The position numbers were made by a program, and so were the translations under genes. Of a DNA stretch of 64,000 nt, positions 25,198-37,000 are shown in pieces (position 1 is the stretch's first letter; every line of letters starts with the position of its first letter). The DNA comes from Macrostomum hystrix (taxonomy: Eukaryota > Animalia > Platyhelminthes), in contig CATNEN010000003.1 in the NCBI GenBank assembly GCA_950097015.1, forward strand, positions 13,516,001 to 13,580,000. The letters run 5' to 3'. The notes beneath the pieces are model-generated. The model made no database searches and had not been told where the DNA came from. It saw nothing but the letters and a program-made list of their open reading frames with translations.

Positions 25198-26865
25198 GAC
25201 TCTATTAAGCGTATATATGCTTTACTAGAAATGCACAAACACGCGCGCCCACACACTCTCTAGCCTGAGCTGCTGGCAAACGGACGAGTAGAGAGCACAC
25301 ACTGGTGCGGGCAGGGGCGGGTGTGTGTGTCGTGAGGAGTTTGGTCTCTGCAGACCCTTACAGTTTGCCAGAGAGCAAGGATTTTGCTGGGAATTGAGCT
25401 CAGGGAAAATCCCGGGTGCGGCGCGAGGGGAGGGCTTGGAAGTGGAGCGAAAAAAAATCGATTGGTATTTAGTTTGTGCGGCGTCTGCTTTTTTGGCTTT
25501 GACTCGCGCCAAATAATTTACGCTCTATTTCTATTTTCTTCTTAGAGAGCAGAAAGAATAAACTTAGCGACTTAGAGATAGCGGCTGCTTTCTCTGGTCT
25601 TAATTGTTTCCAACAGTCAGAATATATGGCTTTTCTTTGCCAAATGTTGCCGAGCTCTGACTCTGTCTAAACTGAATGGCTGCCTTGCTTGCTTTTTAAA
25701 AGAAGTAGAGGGCCTGACGGAATTCTGGATGGGGCGGGTTTAGGGAAGGCTTCTACGCCCCCGGGAGCATACGACGAATCGAGATCTGTATTTAGGGGCG
25801 AAAACTGCTAGAGGTAGATGTGAGTAGGAGCTGGCTGGACTGAACCGAGAAGCTCTGATCAAAATAAGCAGCAGTGTGCAGAGGAAGACGAAAGACAGTA
25901 GTGTGAGAAGCTGTGAGGAAAGCTTTTCCTCTGGGAAGAATCGGGAAAGCAAAACGCGAGCATAGGTTAGGCACGGACAAAAGACAGTTTGGACAAAAAA
26001 TGCATTGACACAGTGAAAGAGAGACATACAGACAAGGCTCCCTACCTCTCTCTCTCTCTTGCTTTGAGGAAGCAGGAAGCAGAAAGACTAAAACAAAAAA
26101 ATGATTAGACTGCGCGAGTACGCGGGTCGAAATTTTTTTCAAGTCAGGCGTCACAGCTGCGAGAGTCAACTAACTCACCAATTTAGTAAGACTGACTGAC
26201 ATTGACGAAGTGGGTTAGCCTATTCATGTGAATTGATTGTGTCTCTCTGCCCTAGGAAATACTAGAAGAAAAAAACTTTATTCCTCCGAAAATTATGTGC
26301 CATATGAGAAGACAAAAACATTACAATGTAAAGTAGAAACGAAATTCCAACTTGATTAGTGTGTACACTTCTTGGTCCGACTCGCAGAGCTACAGTAGAG
26401 TAAGTCCCTATGTTCGATTCCATTGGAATTAAAATTGTGGAGAAATAATTAAAATCTGCCACAATTGACAAGGGATTAAAAAAGACAGTCAATCAAATTC
26501 TGACAATTCCTACTGACTTCTATCGTGGATGGAGGATTAAGTACTCGTAGAACCTCATGGCAGATATATTAATTTTACAGTGGCTCTGTTTCAGCCTCGA
26601 GTATAAATAAACAAAAAGACAAGAAAGAAAGAATAATTTAGAGTTTTTCTTCTTCAAAGCAAATAACCAACAAATTTGTAAGCAATTGCACCTGCTTAAC
26701 TGGTATTTCATTTAATTATTGTATGCCATGCTCGTCAGAAATAATTGGGCGAAAAATGCAAACAACACTTTCGGAAATCAGTAAGCGACTAAAGCCGCTT
26801 CAAAATGGGATTTAGCTAATGCACACTGACGATAATTGTTAAGTAGCCAATTCGAAATAGATATA

Positions 26866-27165
26866 AATGGGATTTAGCCACCCTCACATTAGGGATTAAT
26901 GGGATTTAGCCACCCTCACATCAGGGATAAATGTGATTTAGGCACACTCACACCAGGGATAAATGGGATTCAGCCACCCTCACATTAGGGATAAATGGGA
27001 TTTGGCCAACCTCACATCAGGGATAAATGGGATTTAGCCAACCTCACATCAGGGATAAATGGGATTTAAATAACTAACGATTGGGATAAATGGGATTTAG
27101 ATAACTTACGATAGGGATAAATGGGATTAGCCAATTTAAATAAGGGATACATTGGATTTAACCAA
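26866..27165. repeat. About 31-bp minisatellite (gggataaatgggatttagccaccctcacatca)
   Basis: Degenerate tandem copies. Confidence 0.8.
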
Positions 27166-27232
27166 ATCACCCTAAAGATGTTAAAAAACTTTCGCCTAAT
27201 CAAGTAGCTATGCAGCGGTTGTTTAAAACGGA

Positions 27233-27517
27233 TTATCTAACCAGCTTGTTTAGATTAACAAATCCGGAACCGACGCAGGTGCACAGAACCTTGTCGCCCC
27301 CAAGACCAGCCGAGTCTCCGCCGCCGTCATCGCCGCCAACCTGTTTAGTTTGCAGGCGAAAAGTGACGCCGAGAAATTGACGCAGTAGTCGCAGAAGGCC
27401 AACACTGTGTGGAGTGAGGGGGCCGCACACAAGCCTGCTGGCGTCACGGTCGCACAGAGCCATCAGGGCCAGGGCCAGTGGCTGACAAATGGAATCTACG
27501 CAGCCGCCGCGATAGAT
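27233..27517 (-). CDS. RCL1: RCL1 exon 3
   Basis: Acceptor cccag. Encodes IYRGGCVDSICQPLALALMAL...GPLT...LRQFLGVTF...CVGSGFVNLNK. Total about 388 aa. Confidence 0.93.
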   Translation of the reverse strand: MYRGGCVDSICQPLALALMALCDRDASRLVCGPLTPHSVGLLRLLRQFLGVTFRLQTKQVGGDDGGGDSAGLGGDKVLCTCVGSGFVNLNKLVR

Positions 27518-27589
27518 CTGGGCACAATGGGTAGTTAGTTTGTGACAGATGATTAGACTGTTGGATGCCTAATTGCTGATGAGGCAGGC

Positions 27590-27757
27590 ACATTCACCAG
27601 TCATGAGGTCATTACATTCACCAGTCATGAGGTCATTACATTCACCAGTCATTAGGTCATTACATTCACCAGTCATGAGGTCATTACATTCACCAGTCAT
27701 GAGGTCATTACATTCACCAGTCATGAGGTCATCACACACACCAGTCATGAGGTCATC
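27590..27757. repeat. 24-bp minisatellite (cattcaccagtcatgaggtcatta) in RCL1 intron 2
   Basis: About 7 copies. Confidence 0.88.
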
Positions 27758-27806
27758 AATCACACGAGGTCTTCACGCCACTATTAGTATTGAGATCAGA
27801 ACGAAC

Positions 27807-28130
27807 CTCTTCGCACAGCAGCTGGGCGGCAGTAGTTCCGACATCCTCCGGTACCGAGGCATCGGCAACGGCTACTCCAGCAGGTCGGCTAACGCACTCA
27901 GCAACATAGTAGCAACCGTTACGAGTCTCAGCCGACAGAGTGACACCGAATCCGGGCGATAATCCGCCACGAGCGCCGGTGCAATGATCGGCCGTGAGCA
28001 GTACGTCAGGTACTAGGCGTCGCAAGATATCTTTCGCGGCTAAAATCTGACGACCGTTAATGCCTGGAGACACTTTGCAAGTGAAGGACATGCCGCGTAT
28101 GCGATGAATCTTTCCAGGTTCGGTCAAGTC
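27807..28130 (-). CDS. RCL1: RCL1 exon 2
   Basis: Acceptor caccag. Encodes GKIHRIRGMSFTCKVSP...SPGFGVTLSAET...PEDVGTTAAQLLCEE. Donor GAG|gttcgt, phase 0. Confidence 0.93.
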
Positions 28131-28321
28131 CTGGTGGAGTTTTCAAGATAAAAATAGCATTTATTGACGCTAAAATTCTTAATTTAACGAGAAAACTACA
28201 AAATTAACGTTGAAAAAAATTCTTTAAGAACGTTATGGAAACACTGCTCTGAGTCGATGGTAATCGTTTGAAGATGCTGAGAATGCTCTGCTTTGATGAT
28301 ACGAAAAACGATCTGAATGTA

Positions 28322-29499
28322 CGAGGGGTGTCTAAAAAGTAGTGGGAATTTTCAACGTAGCTCATAGTTGGATTCCGATACATTAATTTCATTAACTTTT
28401 CTAGAAAGCGGATTTATCGATATATGCAATATTTTTTTTGCCAATTTCTTCCGGGATTCAAAAGTTACGAACCATTTAGTACAGTTCCCCAGGGTACGAC
28501 TTACAGAAGATGACATTTTGAAGGCTTTCAATGAAGAAAGTTTTGCTTTGTACTTTTTCTGCATTAAGTTTACGCGATGATGCCTACAGAAATGCTTGAG
28601 CATGTCTATGGGCTCAACATGAGAACTATGCTCATGCAAGCATCACCAAAGCCAGGCAATCTCAAGCTTTAGATGCAAGCCAGCTCAGCCAAGCATTTGT
28701 CAACTTGCGCATTTGAAGCATCCGAAGATTGTGCAAACATGTCGGACATCCACTGATGCTGCTGCTTGTTTTCGATTGTCGTTGCCCCTTGACAATCGAT
28801 TTCCTAGAGCCAAACACAACTGTCAATGCGGAGCGCTACATCTTGTCTCTGAAGAAGCTCAAGGCTGACATCCACAATAAACGGCGCACTGGAATCAAGC
28901 CCTCAGTTCTCCACCACGACAATGCCCGACCGCACACGGCTTCAAAGACAGTGGAGGCAATTCAGGGCATGAAGTTTGAATTCTTGCCTCACCCACCCTA
29001 CTCCCCTGACTTGGCGCCAGCAGACTTTTGTCTTTTTCCGAGACTGAAGGAGCTGCTTCGAGGCAAAGTCTACGCAAATCGTCACTGCCTTGAAGAAGAG
29101 GTTCGGCGCATCCTTGTTTTTGCGATTCCCAAGGAGCAATATGCTTATGCAATTGATTCGTTGCGCACTCGCTGGGAGAAGTGCATCAGCTGCAAAGGCG
29201 ACTACGTGGAGAAGGTCTCCATCCCTGATGAAAAGGACATTTGAGTTGACGTTAAGATGAACTTCAATGGGATTACGACTGATAGTTTATTGTCATGTTT
29301 CGTCTTAATGACTACTTGTTAAAGTTTCTGTAAGTTGTACCCTAGGGAACTGCACTAAATTGTTCATAACTTTTGAATGCCAGAAGAAAGTTTTACAGAG
29401 ATACATAAATCCGCTTTCATAAATCATATAGGAATTTAACGTGTCTGAATCTGATTATGAGCTACGTTGAAAATTCCCACTACTTTTTGGACACCCTCG
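28322..29499 (+). mobile_element. Internally deleted DD34D mariner in RCL1 intron 1, with long (about 180 bp) imperfect TIRs
   Basis: TA target duplication; ends cgaggg(g)tgtc(t/c)aaaaagtagtgggaattttcaacgtagctcata. Transposase C-half HHDNARPH...HPPYSPDLAPADF...RWEKCISCKGDYVE. Confidence 0.93.
28729..29244 (+). pseudogene. Truncated mariner transposase (C-terminal catalytic part)
   Basis: 34 residues between the second and third catalytic Asp. The N-terminal region is deleted or frameshifted. Confidence 0.88.
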
Positions 29500-29577
29500 T
29501 ACTCTGCTTTGAAAAACTTTTTTCTGCAAAATGAAGTTATAATAACTACATCTCCAGGGTCGTAACACTTTTATAAG

Positions 29578-29908
29578 GGGAGGGTTGAGTGGCAGAGCGG
29601 CTAACGCGTTTGTCTCTGGCACCAAGGTCCCTGAGCTCGATTCCGCGGCGAGGCCACATTCTTTGGGGCGCAGCCGCGGAGAGATGGCTTTAGGGGCTTG
29701 TCGAGCAATTTACGCCCTTGAGGGCCAACCTCCAAGGCACAGTGAGAGTGTACACTGCCTGACGCTGAGAAAGTCAGGGCAGATGTACACACCTGTGTGA
29801 GCGTATGGCTGCGTACAGTATCAGTGAGCGTGTTGTACAGGAGTCAGCGAAATGGGCAGAATTGCCTCATCGCTGGCTGCGGGTCTAGTTTCACCAAATT
29901 ATGCAACA
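29578..29908 (+). mobile_element. tRNA-derived SINE copy in RCL1 intron 1
   Basis: Colinear similarity with the copies at 39466 and 53216; A and B boxes present. Confidence 0.85.
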
Positions 29909-29915
29909 GCCTTAC

Positions 29916-30473
29916 CAGCGGTTTAAGCTTGGAAACTGATGGACATTGAAATCGAACTTCAGCTCCGCCCGAAGGGTGACAGCCGCGCTGTTCCAGAGTC
30001 AGATCCGAGCCAGACTCGCGGCCAAGAAATCTACGCAGCAATGGTAGGCAAGAATATTTAACAGCTTCAACGCTGGGATCCAGAGCGTTGTTAGAAACAC
30101 CGGTTAAACGCACGCTAAGTGGTCGTTTACCAAACGGCGCCAGCATCATTAACGGCTGCAAATAGTAGCCAATGCCGCGCTCCGGACAGCAGTCAAAGTC
30201 AAAGTCTCCGCCAGTCAAGATGCCAGGCCTAACTAGAACTACAGTGCCAGTTTCGCTAATCTTGACCACGGTACCGTTAGTAATCGATTCAATTAGGCGA
30301 AGATAGCTGATTTCGAATTCTCGCACGCCGGGATTTTCTAAACGCGCCCGAATCGACGAGATCTTCACCGGCCTACCGGTGAGAACTGACAAAGCGATGC
30401 GACTGCGAAAATCAGCGCAACCTGTAAATTTTATTAGTTCAGCTGGAGCTGCTGCTGCCTTAGTTGCTGACAT
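29916..30473 (-). CDS. RCL1: RNA 3'-terminal phosphate cyclase-like protein RCL1, exon 1
   Basis: FTGCADFRSRIALSVLTGRPVKISSIR...PGVREFEISYLRLIESITNGT...RGIGYYLQPL...LAPFGKRPL...GVSNNALDPSVE. Donor CTG|gtaagg after 186 codons. Confidence 0.95.
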
Positions 30474-30533
30474 GATGCCGAATGCTGGTATGTATGACGG
30501 TGACTGTTTATCAAAGCTTAAATATACTGGCGA

Positions 30534-30690
30534 AATTCGTTAGAATCTACCGACGATATTCTTTAGAATCTACCGACGATATTCGTTTAAATCTACCGAC
30601 GATATTTGTTTAAATCTACCGACGATATTCGTTTAAATCTACCGACGATATTTGTTTAAATCTACCGACGATATTCGTTCAAATCTACCG
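30534..30690. repeat. About 23-bp minisatellite (aaatctaccgacgatattcgttt) upstream of RCL1
   Basis: About 6 copies. Confidence 0.85.
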
Positions 30691-31843
30691 CCCTCTTTCG
30701 TTGGAGTTTATTAAGATGCTGAAGACATCAATGTGACAGCTGAAAAGTTATTAATAATAGAAAGGATGGATAAATTTTGTAGAGAAACAAAGAAATATGT
30801 TACAGCCATTCTTAGATAAATGAAGTTAACTTTTAAAAGTTCTAAAACGTAGGTTCAAACAAGGAAATATTTTAGCCCTTTTAGACTAGACTTTAGACTA
30901 CTACGAGTAGATTGAGACTTTGGGAGTTGAAACAAATGGAAGCTAATTGTGTTTTTGAGTTCGACCCACTAGCTAAATAGTTTTTTTTAACAGAACTCAC
31001 AATTGATCAGCTAGTACTAAAAAACTAGTAAAATAATTGAGTCAAACCAATAAATAACTGAATAACGCGCCATAATGTCGTACCGAAAAGCATAATTAGC
31101 ATTCTGCATACTTTTACTTCCATTGCTAGCCTTATTTCTAAGCATGCAAATTTTGATGAAAAGAAAGTAGAATTATAAGACCTTTAGTTAATATTACAGT
31201 GCGTAAAATCAACCAGCAACGCTTGAAATAGTTTTTTACAAGCTCAATTGAGACAGACAGGCGGAGAAAAATGAACACATAAGACACAGGCTAAATAAGT
31301 CAAATATTAAACTGTCTAGAAGAAAACTAAAACAGGCAAATATTGGTAAAACTTATACACACAGCTACTGAAAGTAGAAATTGACGCATTTTGTGATTTT
31401 ATTTTTTACAAACAAAATAAAAAAGCACACTAAATCGATACTTGTTAAACTACATCTTTAGGATAAGATTCAAATAAAACAGGCCAAGGTAGTTAGTTGC
31501 AAAAATTATGCATTCAAGGCTAAACACTAAAATATAAGTAATAAAGAGCAAAAATACATAAAGCGCAGACATTTTTTGTTATTGGTATTATTGCTTTTCT
31601 AAAGAACATTAGCTGTGCAGAATAGCTGCATCAATGCTTCAGACGCCTAACAAGAGAGGGGAAAAAAGAAAAAAACTGATAGTATTTTTTTTCAGAGCGA
31701 CAGCGCGAATGAAATCTTACAATTAGAAAGTTTTAGTTAAAAGATGAGAACTACCAAGAAAAAAATGTTTGTACCTTTCGATGTGTAAAAATTTATTAAA
31801 TTAAAAATCCAGCAATACGTTTACAGAAAAACTCTCTAAACTC

Positions 31844-32311
31844 TTGGGGTTGGCCTGTGAGAATGTACACTGCGGATGTCTATGGGTTGGGGTTGGCCTG
31901 TGAGAGTGTACACTGCGGATGTCTATGGGTTGGGGTTGGCCTGTGAGAGTGTACACTGCGGATGTCTATGGGTTGGGGTTGGCCTGTGAGAGTGTACACT
32001 GCGGATGTCTATGGGTTGGGGTTGGCCTGTGAGAGTGTACACTGCGGATGTCTATGGGTTGGGGTTGGCCTGTGAGAGTGTACACTGCGGATGTCTATGG
32101 GTTGGGGTTGGCCTGTGAGAGTGTACACTGCGGATGTCTATGGGTTGGGGTTGGCCTTTGAGAGTGTACACTGCGGATGTCTATAGGTTGGGGTTGGCCT
32201 TTGAGAGTGTACACTGCGGATGTCTATGGGTTGGGGTTGGCCTTTGAGAGTGTACACTGCGGATGTCTATGGGTTGGGGTTGGCCTGTGAGAGTGTACAC
32301 TGCGCATGTCT
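31844..32311. repeat. 43-bp minisatellite (gggttggggttggcctgtgagagtgtacactgcggatgtctat)
   Basis: About 11 near-identical copies with no spacers. Confidence 0.92.
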
Positions 32312-32769
32312 AGGCCAGGGGGATTCGCCAAAGGCGATAAATCTGTATTAAGAAAAGGAAAAACAAACTTTAAAAAAGCTATGCCATTGTTATAGTAAGA
32401 TTAACTGAGTATGCAGCTTAAGGAGCAGCCATAATAAAAAAATTTAGTGGCAGTAGGAAAACAAGCACTTAGATACAGATCAAATTTTTTTTCTCATTTT
32501 CAGCCTATGAAAGCATACTATGTGATCGAGTTGTGAAATGAAAAAAAATTAATGAAAAAGCGAAGATTGTTAAAATAATAACCAGGACGCAGAAAACAAA
32601 ATTAAATAAAACAATATAACTATGTACAGATGCATACAGCTAGTAAATATATTACTGACACACTAATAGAGCTTATCGAGGGCGCTTAATTAAAAAATAC
32701 AAAACGAAAACATTTTTCTAAATCAAATTTAACATTTCTGATTGAGTACCTAAGACTACCAAAGTCTTA

Positions 32770-33290
32770 GCGGGGATATTTAGTTTGGGGTGGGGAAGCG
32801 TGGATATTTAGTTTGGGATGGGAAAGTGGGGATATTTAGTTTGGGATGGGAAAGCGGGGATATTTAGTTTGGGATGGGAAAGCGAGAATATTTAGTTTGG
32901 GATGGGAAAGTGGGGATATTTAGTTTGGGATGGGAAAGCGGGGATATTTAGTTTGGGATGGGAAAGTGGGGATATTTAGTTTGGGATGGGAAAGCGGGGA
33001 TATTTAGTTTGGGATGGGAAAGCGGGGATATTTAGTTTGGGGTGGGAAAGCGGGGATATTTAGTTTGGGATGGGAAAGTGGGGATATTTAGTTTGGGATG
33101 GGAAAGTGGGGATATTTAGTTTGGGATGGGAAAGTGGGGATATTTAGTTTAGGACGGGGAAGCGGGGATATTTAGTTTAGGACGGGGAAGTGGGGATATT
33201 TAGTTTGGGGTGGGGAAGCATGGATATGTAGATCTGGATGGGGAGCGGGGATATTTAGATCTGGTCCTGGATGGGGAAGCGGGGATAATT
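32770..33290. repeat. 28-bp minisatellite (ggggatatttagtttgggatgggaaagc)
   Basis: About 18 copies. Confidence 0.9.
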
Positions 33291-33842
33291 ATATTTTGAT
33301 GGGATAGTGTTATTTGAGATAATGAAAACAGAATAGACTCAGCTAATTAATGTGAATTGTTAATAATAAACTGAACAAAAAACTGTTGAACAAGAACCTG
33401 TTTTTACAAGTAATTGTTTACAAAAATTCGCAACACAATTTTTCGGCATTAGCGAACTCGCGTTCAGTTAAACAAAACAAGCAAGCTTTTGTGCTATTTT
33501 TTTCACAACACGAACAAAGAAATCTGAATTTCTACACTGTTAGGACACAGATAAGACAATATATAGTAGATATTAAATGCTGAAATGAATAGTATCAAAT
33601 ATTATTTTAAATAATCAAGCCTTAGTTTAGCTTTCTGAAGTGCACTTCTTGTCTCATTTAAAGAGTGAAAAAACCTACACAGTACACAGACAAGCGCTTA
33701 GATAACAAAATTGAAGGAGGTAACACAAATTTTTTTTATCTCAGGATAGTTATTAAAAAACACGATTTTATACATAAGTTCGAATAGTCTATAAAAAATT
33801 AAATATCAAATGACCTCTTCATAATTGGTGCTGCAATTGGCA

Positions 33843-33912
33843 TCAGGTCTCCCATTCGCCTGTGACTATATTACGCGGCGAAGTTGTTGCAGGAACGGCA
33901 TTGACGAGATTT
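33843..33912 (-). CDS. Possible terminal exon 8 of the Tudor gene
   Basis: GC-richer island with acceptor attcgcag. A phase-2 join gives KNLVNAVPATTSPRNIVTGEWET*. Confidence 0.4.
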
Positions 33913-34034
33913 CTGCGAATAGTAAATTAAATAAAGATTGGCTTTACTTTGCTTATATTGCTACTTAAAGTAAAATAAAGCGATTTTAAGTCTGGCTATT
34001 TTTTCTTAAGGATTTAATCAGGATTAAAGGAATC

Positions 34035-37000
34035 GAACTGAGGATTTGATTAGTGAGGGAAACAGCTGAAACTGAGGATTTGATGATTGAGAGAAACAGC
34101 TCAAACTGGGGATTTGATGAGTGAGGGAAACAGCTAAAACTGAGGATTTGATTAGTGAGGGAAACAGCTAAAACTGAGGATTTGATTAGTGAGGGAAACA
34201 GCTGAAACTGAGGATTTGATTAGTGAGGGAAACAGCTGAAACTGAGGATTTGATGATTGAGAGAAACAGCTGAAACTGAGGATTTGATGAGTGAGAGAAA
34301 CAGCTCAAACTGGGGATTTGATGAGTGAGGGAAACAGCTGAAACTGGGGATTTGATGAGTGAGAGAAACAGCTCAAACTGGGAATTTGATGAGTGAGAGA
34401 AACAGCTGAAACTGAGGATTTGATGAGTGAGAGAAACAGCTCAAACTGGGGATTTGATGAGTGAGGGAAACAGCTGAAACTGGGGATTTGATGAGTGAGA
34501 GAAACAGCTCAAACTGGGGATTTGATGAGTGAGGGAAACAGCTCAAACTGGGGATTTGATGAGTGAGAGAAACAGCTCAAACTGGGGATTTGATGAGTGA
34601 GGGAAACAGCTGAAACTGGGGATTTGATGAGTGAGAGAAACAGCTCAAACTGGGGATTTGATGAGTGAGAGAAACAGCTCAAACTGGGGATTTGATGAGT
34701 AAGAGAAACAGCTCAAACTGGGGATTTGATGAGTGAGGGAAACAGCTCAAACTGGGGATTTGATGAGTGAGGGAAACAGCTCAAACTAAGGATTTGATGA
34801 TTGAGGGAAACAGCTGAAACTGAGGATTTGATGATTGAGGGAAACAGCTGAAACTGAGGATTTGATGATTGAGGGAAACAGCTCAAACTGAGGATTTGAT
34901 GAGTGAGAGAAACAGCTGAAACTGAGGATTTGATGAGTGAGAGAAACAGCTGAAACTGAGGATTTGATGAGTGAGGGAAACAGCTGAAACTGAGGATTTG
35001 ATGAGTGAGAGAAACAGCTGAAACTGAGGATTTGATGAGTGAGGGAAACAGCTGAAACTGAGGATTTGATGAGTGAGAGAAACAGCTGAAACTGGGGATT
35101 TGATGAGTGAGGGAAACAGCTCAAACTGAGGATTTGATGAGTGAGGGAAACAGCTCAAACTAAGGATTTGATGATTGAGAGAAACAGCTCAAACTGGGGA
35201 TTTGATGAGTGAGGGAAACAGCTGAAACTGAGGATTTGATGAGTGAGGGAAACAGCTGAAACTGAGGATTTGATGAGTGAGGGAAACAGCTGAAACTGAG
35301 GATTTGATGAGTGAGGGAAACAGCTCAAACTGAGGATTTGATGAGTGAGGGAAACAGCTGAAACTGAGGATTTGATGAGTAAGGGAAACAGCTCAAACTG
35401 AGGATTTGATGAGTGAGGGAAACAGCTCAAACTGAGGATTTGATGATTGAGGGAAACAGCTGAAACTGAGGATTTGATGATTGAGGGAAACAGCTGAAAC
35501 TGAGGATTTGATGATTGAGGGAAACAGCTCAAACTGAGGATTTGATGAGTGAGAGAAACAGCTGAAACTGAGGATTTGATGAGTGAGAGAAACAGCTGAA
35601 ACTGAGGATTTGATGAGTGAGAGAAACAGCTGAAACTGAGGATTTGATGAGTGAGGGAAACAGCTGAAACTGAGGATTTGATGAGTGAGAGAAACAGCTG
35701 AAACTGAGGATTTGATGAGTGAGGGAAACAGCTGAAACTGAGGATTTGATGAGTGAGAGAAACAGCTGAAACTGAGGATTTGATGAGTGAGAGAAACAGC
35801 TGAAACTGAGGATTTGATGAGTGAGGGAAACAGCTGAAACTGAGGATTTGATGAGTGAGGGAAACAGCTCAAACTGAGGATTTGATGAGTGAGAGAAACA
35901 GCTCAAACTGGGGATTTGATGAGTGAGGGAAACAGCTCAAACTGGGGATTTGATGAGTGAGAGAAACAGCTCAAACTGGGGATTTGATGAGTGAGGGAAA
36001 CAGCTAAAACTGGGGATTTGATGAGTGAGGGAAACAGCTCAAACTGGGGATTTGATGAGTGAGGGAAACAGCTAAAACTGGGGATTTGATGAGTGAGGGA
36101 AACAGCTCAAACTGGGGATTTGATGAGTGAGGGAAACAGCTCAAACTGAGGATTTGATGAGTGAGGGAAACAGCTAAAACTGGGGATTTGATGAGTGAGG
36201 GAAACAGCTAAAACTGAGGATTTGATTAGTGAGGGAAACAGCTGAAACTGGGGATTTGATGAGTGAGAGAAACAGCTCAAACTGGGGGTTTGATGAGTGA
36301 GAGAAACAGCTCAAACTGGGGATTTGATGAGTGAGAGAAACAGCTCAAACTGGGGATTTGATGAGTGAGGGAAACAGCTCAAACTAAGGATTTGATGATT
36401 GAGAGAAACAGCTCAAACTGGGGATTTGATGAGTGAGGGAAACAGCTCAAACTGAGGATTTGATGAGTGAGGGAAACAGCTGAAACTGAGGATTTTATGA
36501 GTGAGGGAAACAGCTCAAACTGAGGATTTGATGAGTGAGGGAAACAGCTGAAACTGAGGATTTGATGAGTAAGGGAAACAGCTCAAACTGAGGATTTGAT
36601 GAGTGAGGGAAACAGCTCAAACTGAGGATTTGATGATTGAGGGAAACAGCTGAAACTGAGGATTTGATGATTGAGGGAAACAGCTGAAACTGAGGATTTG
36701 ATGATTGAGGGAAACAGCTCAAACTGAGGATTTGATGAGTGAGAGAAACAGCTGAAACTGAGGATTTGATGAGTGAGGGAAACAGCTGAAACTGAGGATT
36801 TGATGAGTGAGGGAAACAGCTCAAACTGAGGATTTGATGATTGAGGGAAACAGCTGAAACTGAGGATTTGATGATTGAGGGAAACAGCTGAAACTGAGGA
36901 TTTGATGATTGAGGGAAACCGCTCAAACTGAGGATTTGATGAGTGAGAGAAATAGCTGAAACTGAGGATTTGATGAGTGAGAGAAACAGCTGAAACTGAG

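Noticed and set aside
29585-29800. Near-identical small ORFs here and at 39500-39805 as a peptide gene family
   Set aside because: Both lie within SINE copies, and frames are not preserved in the other copies.
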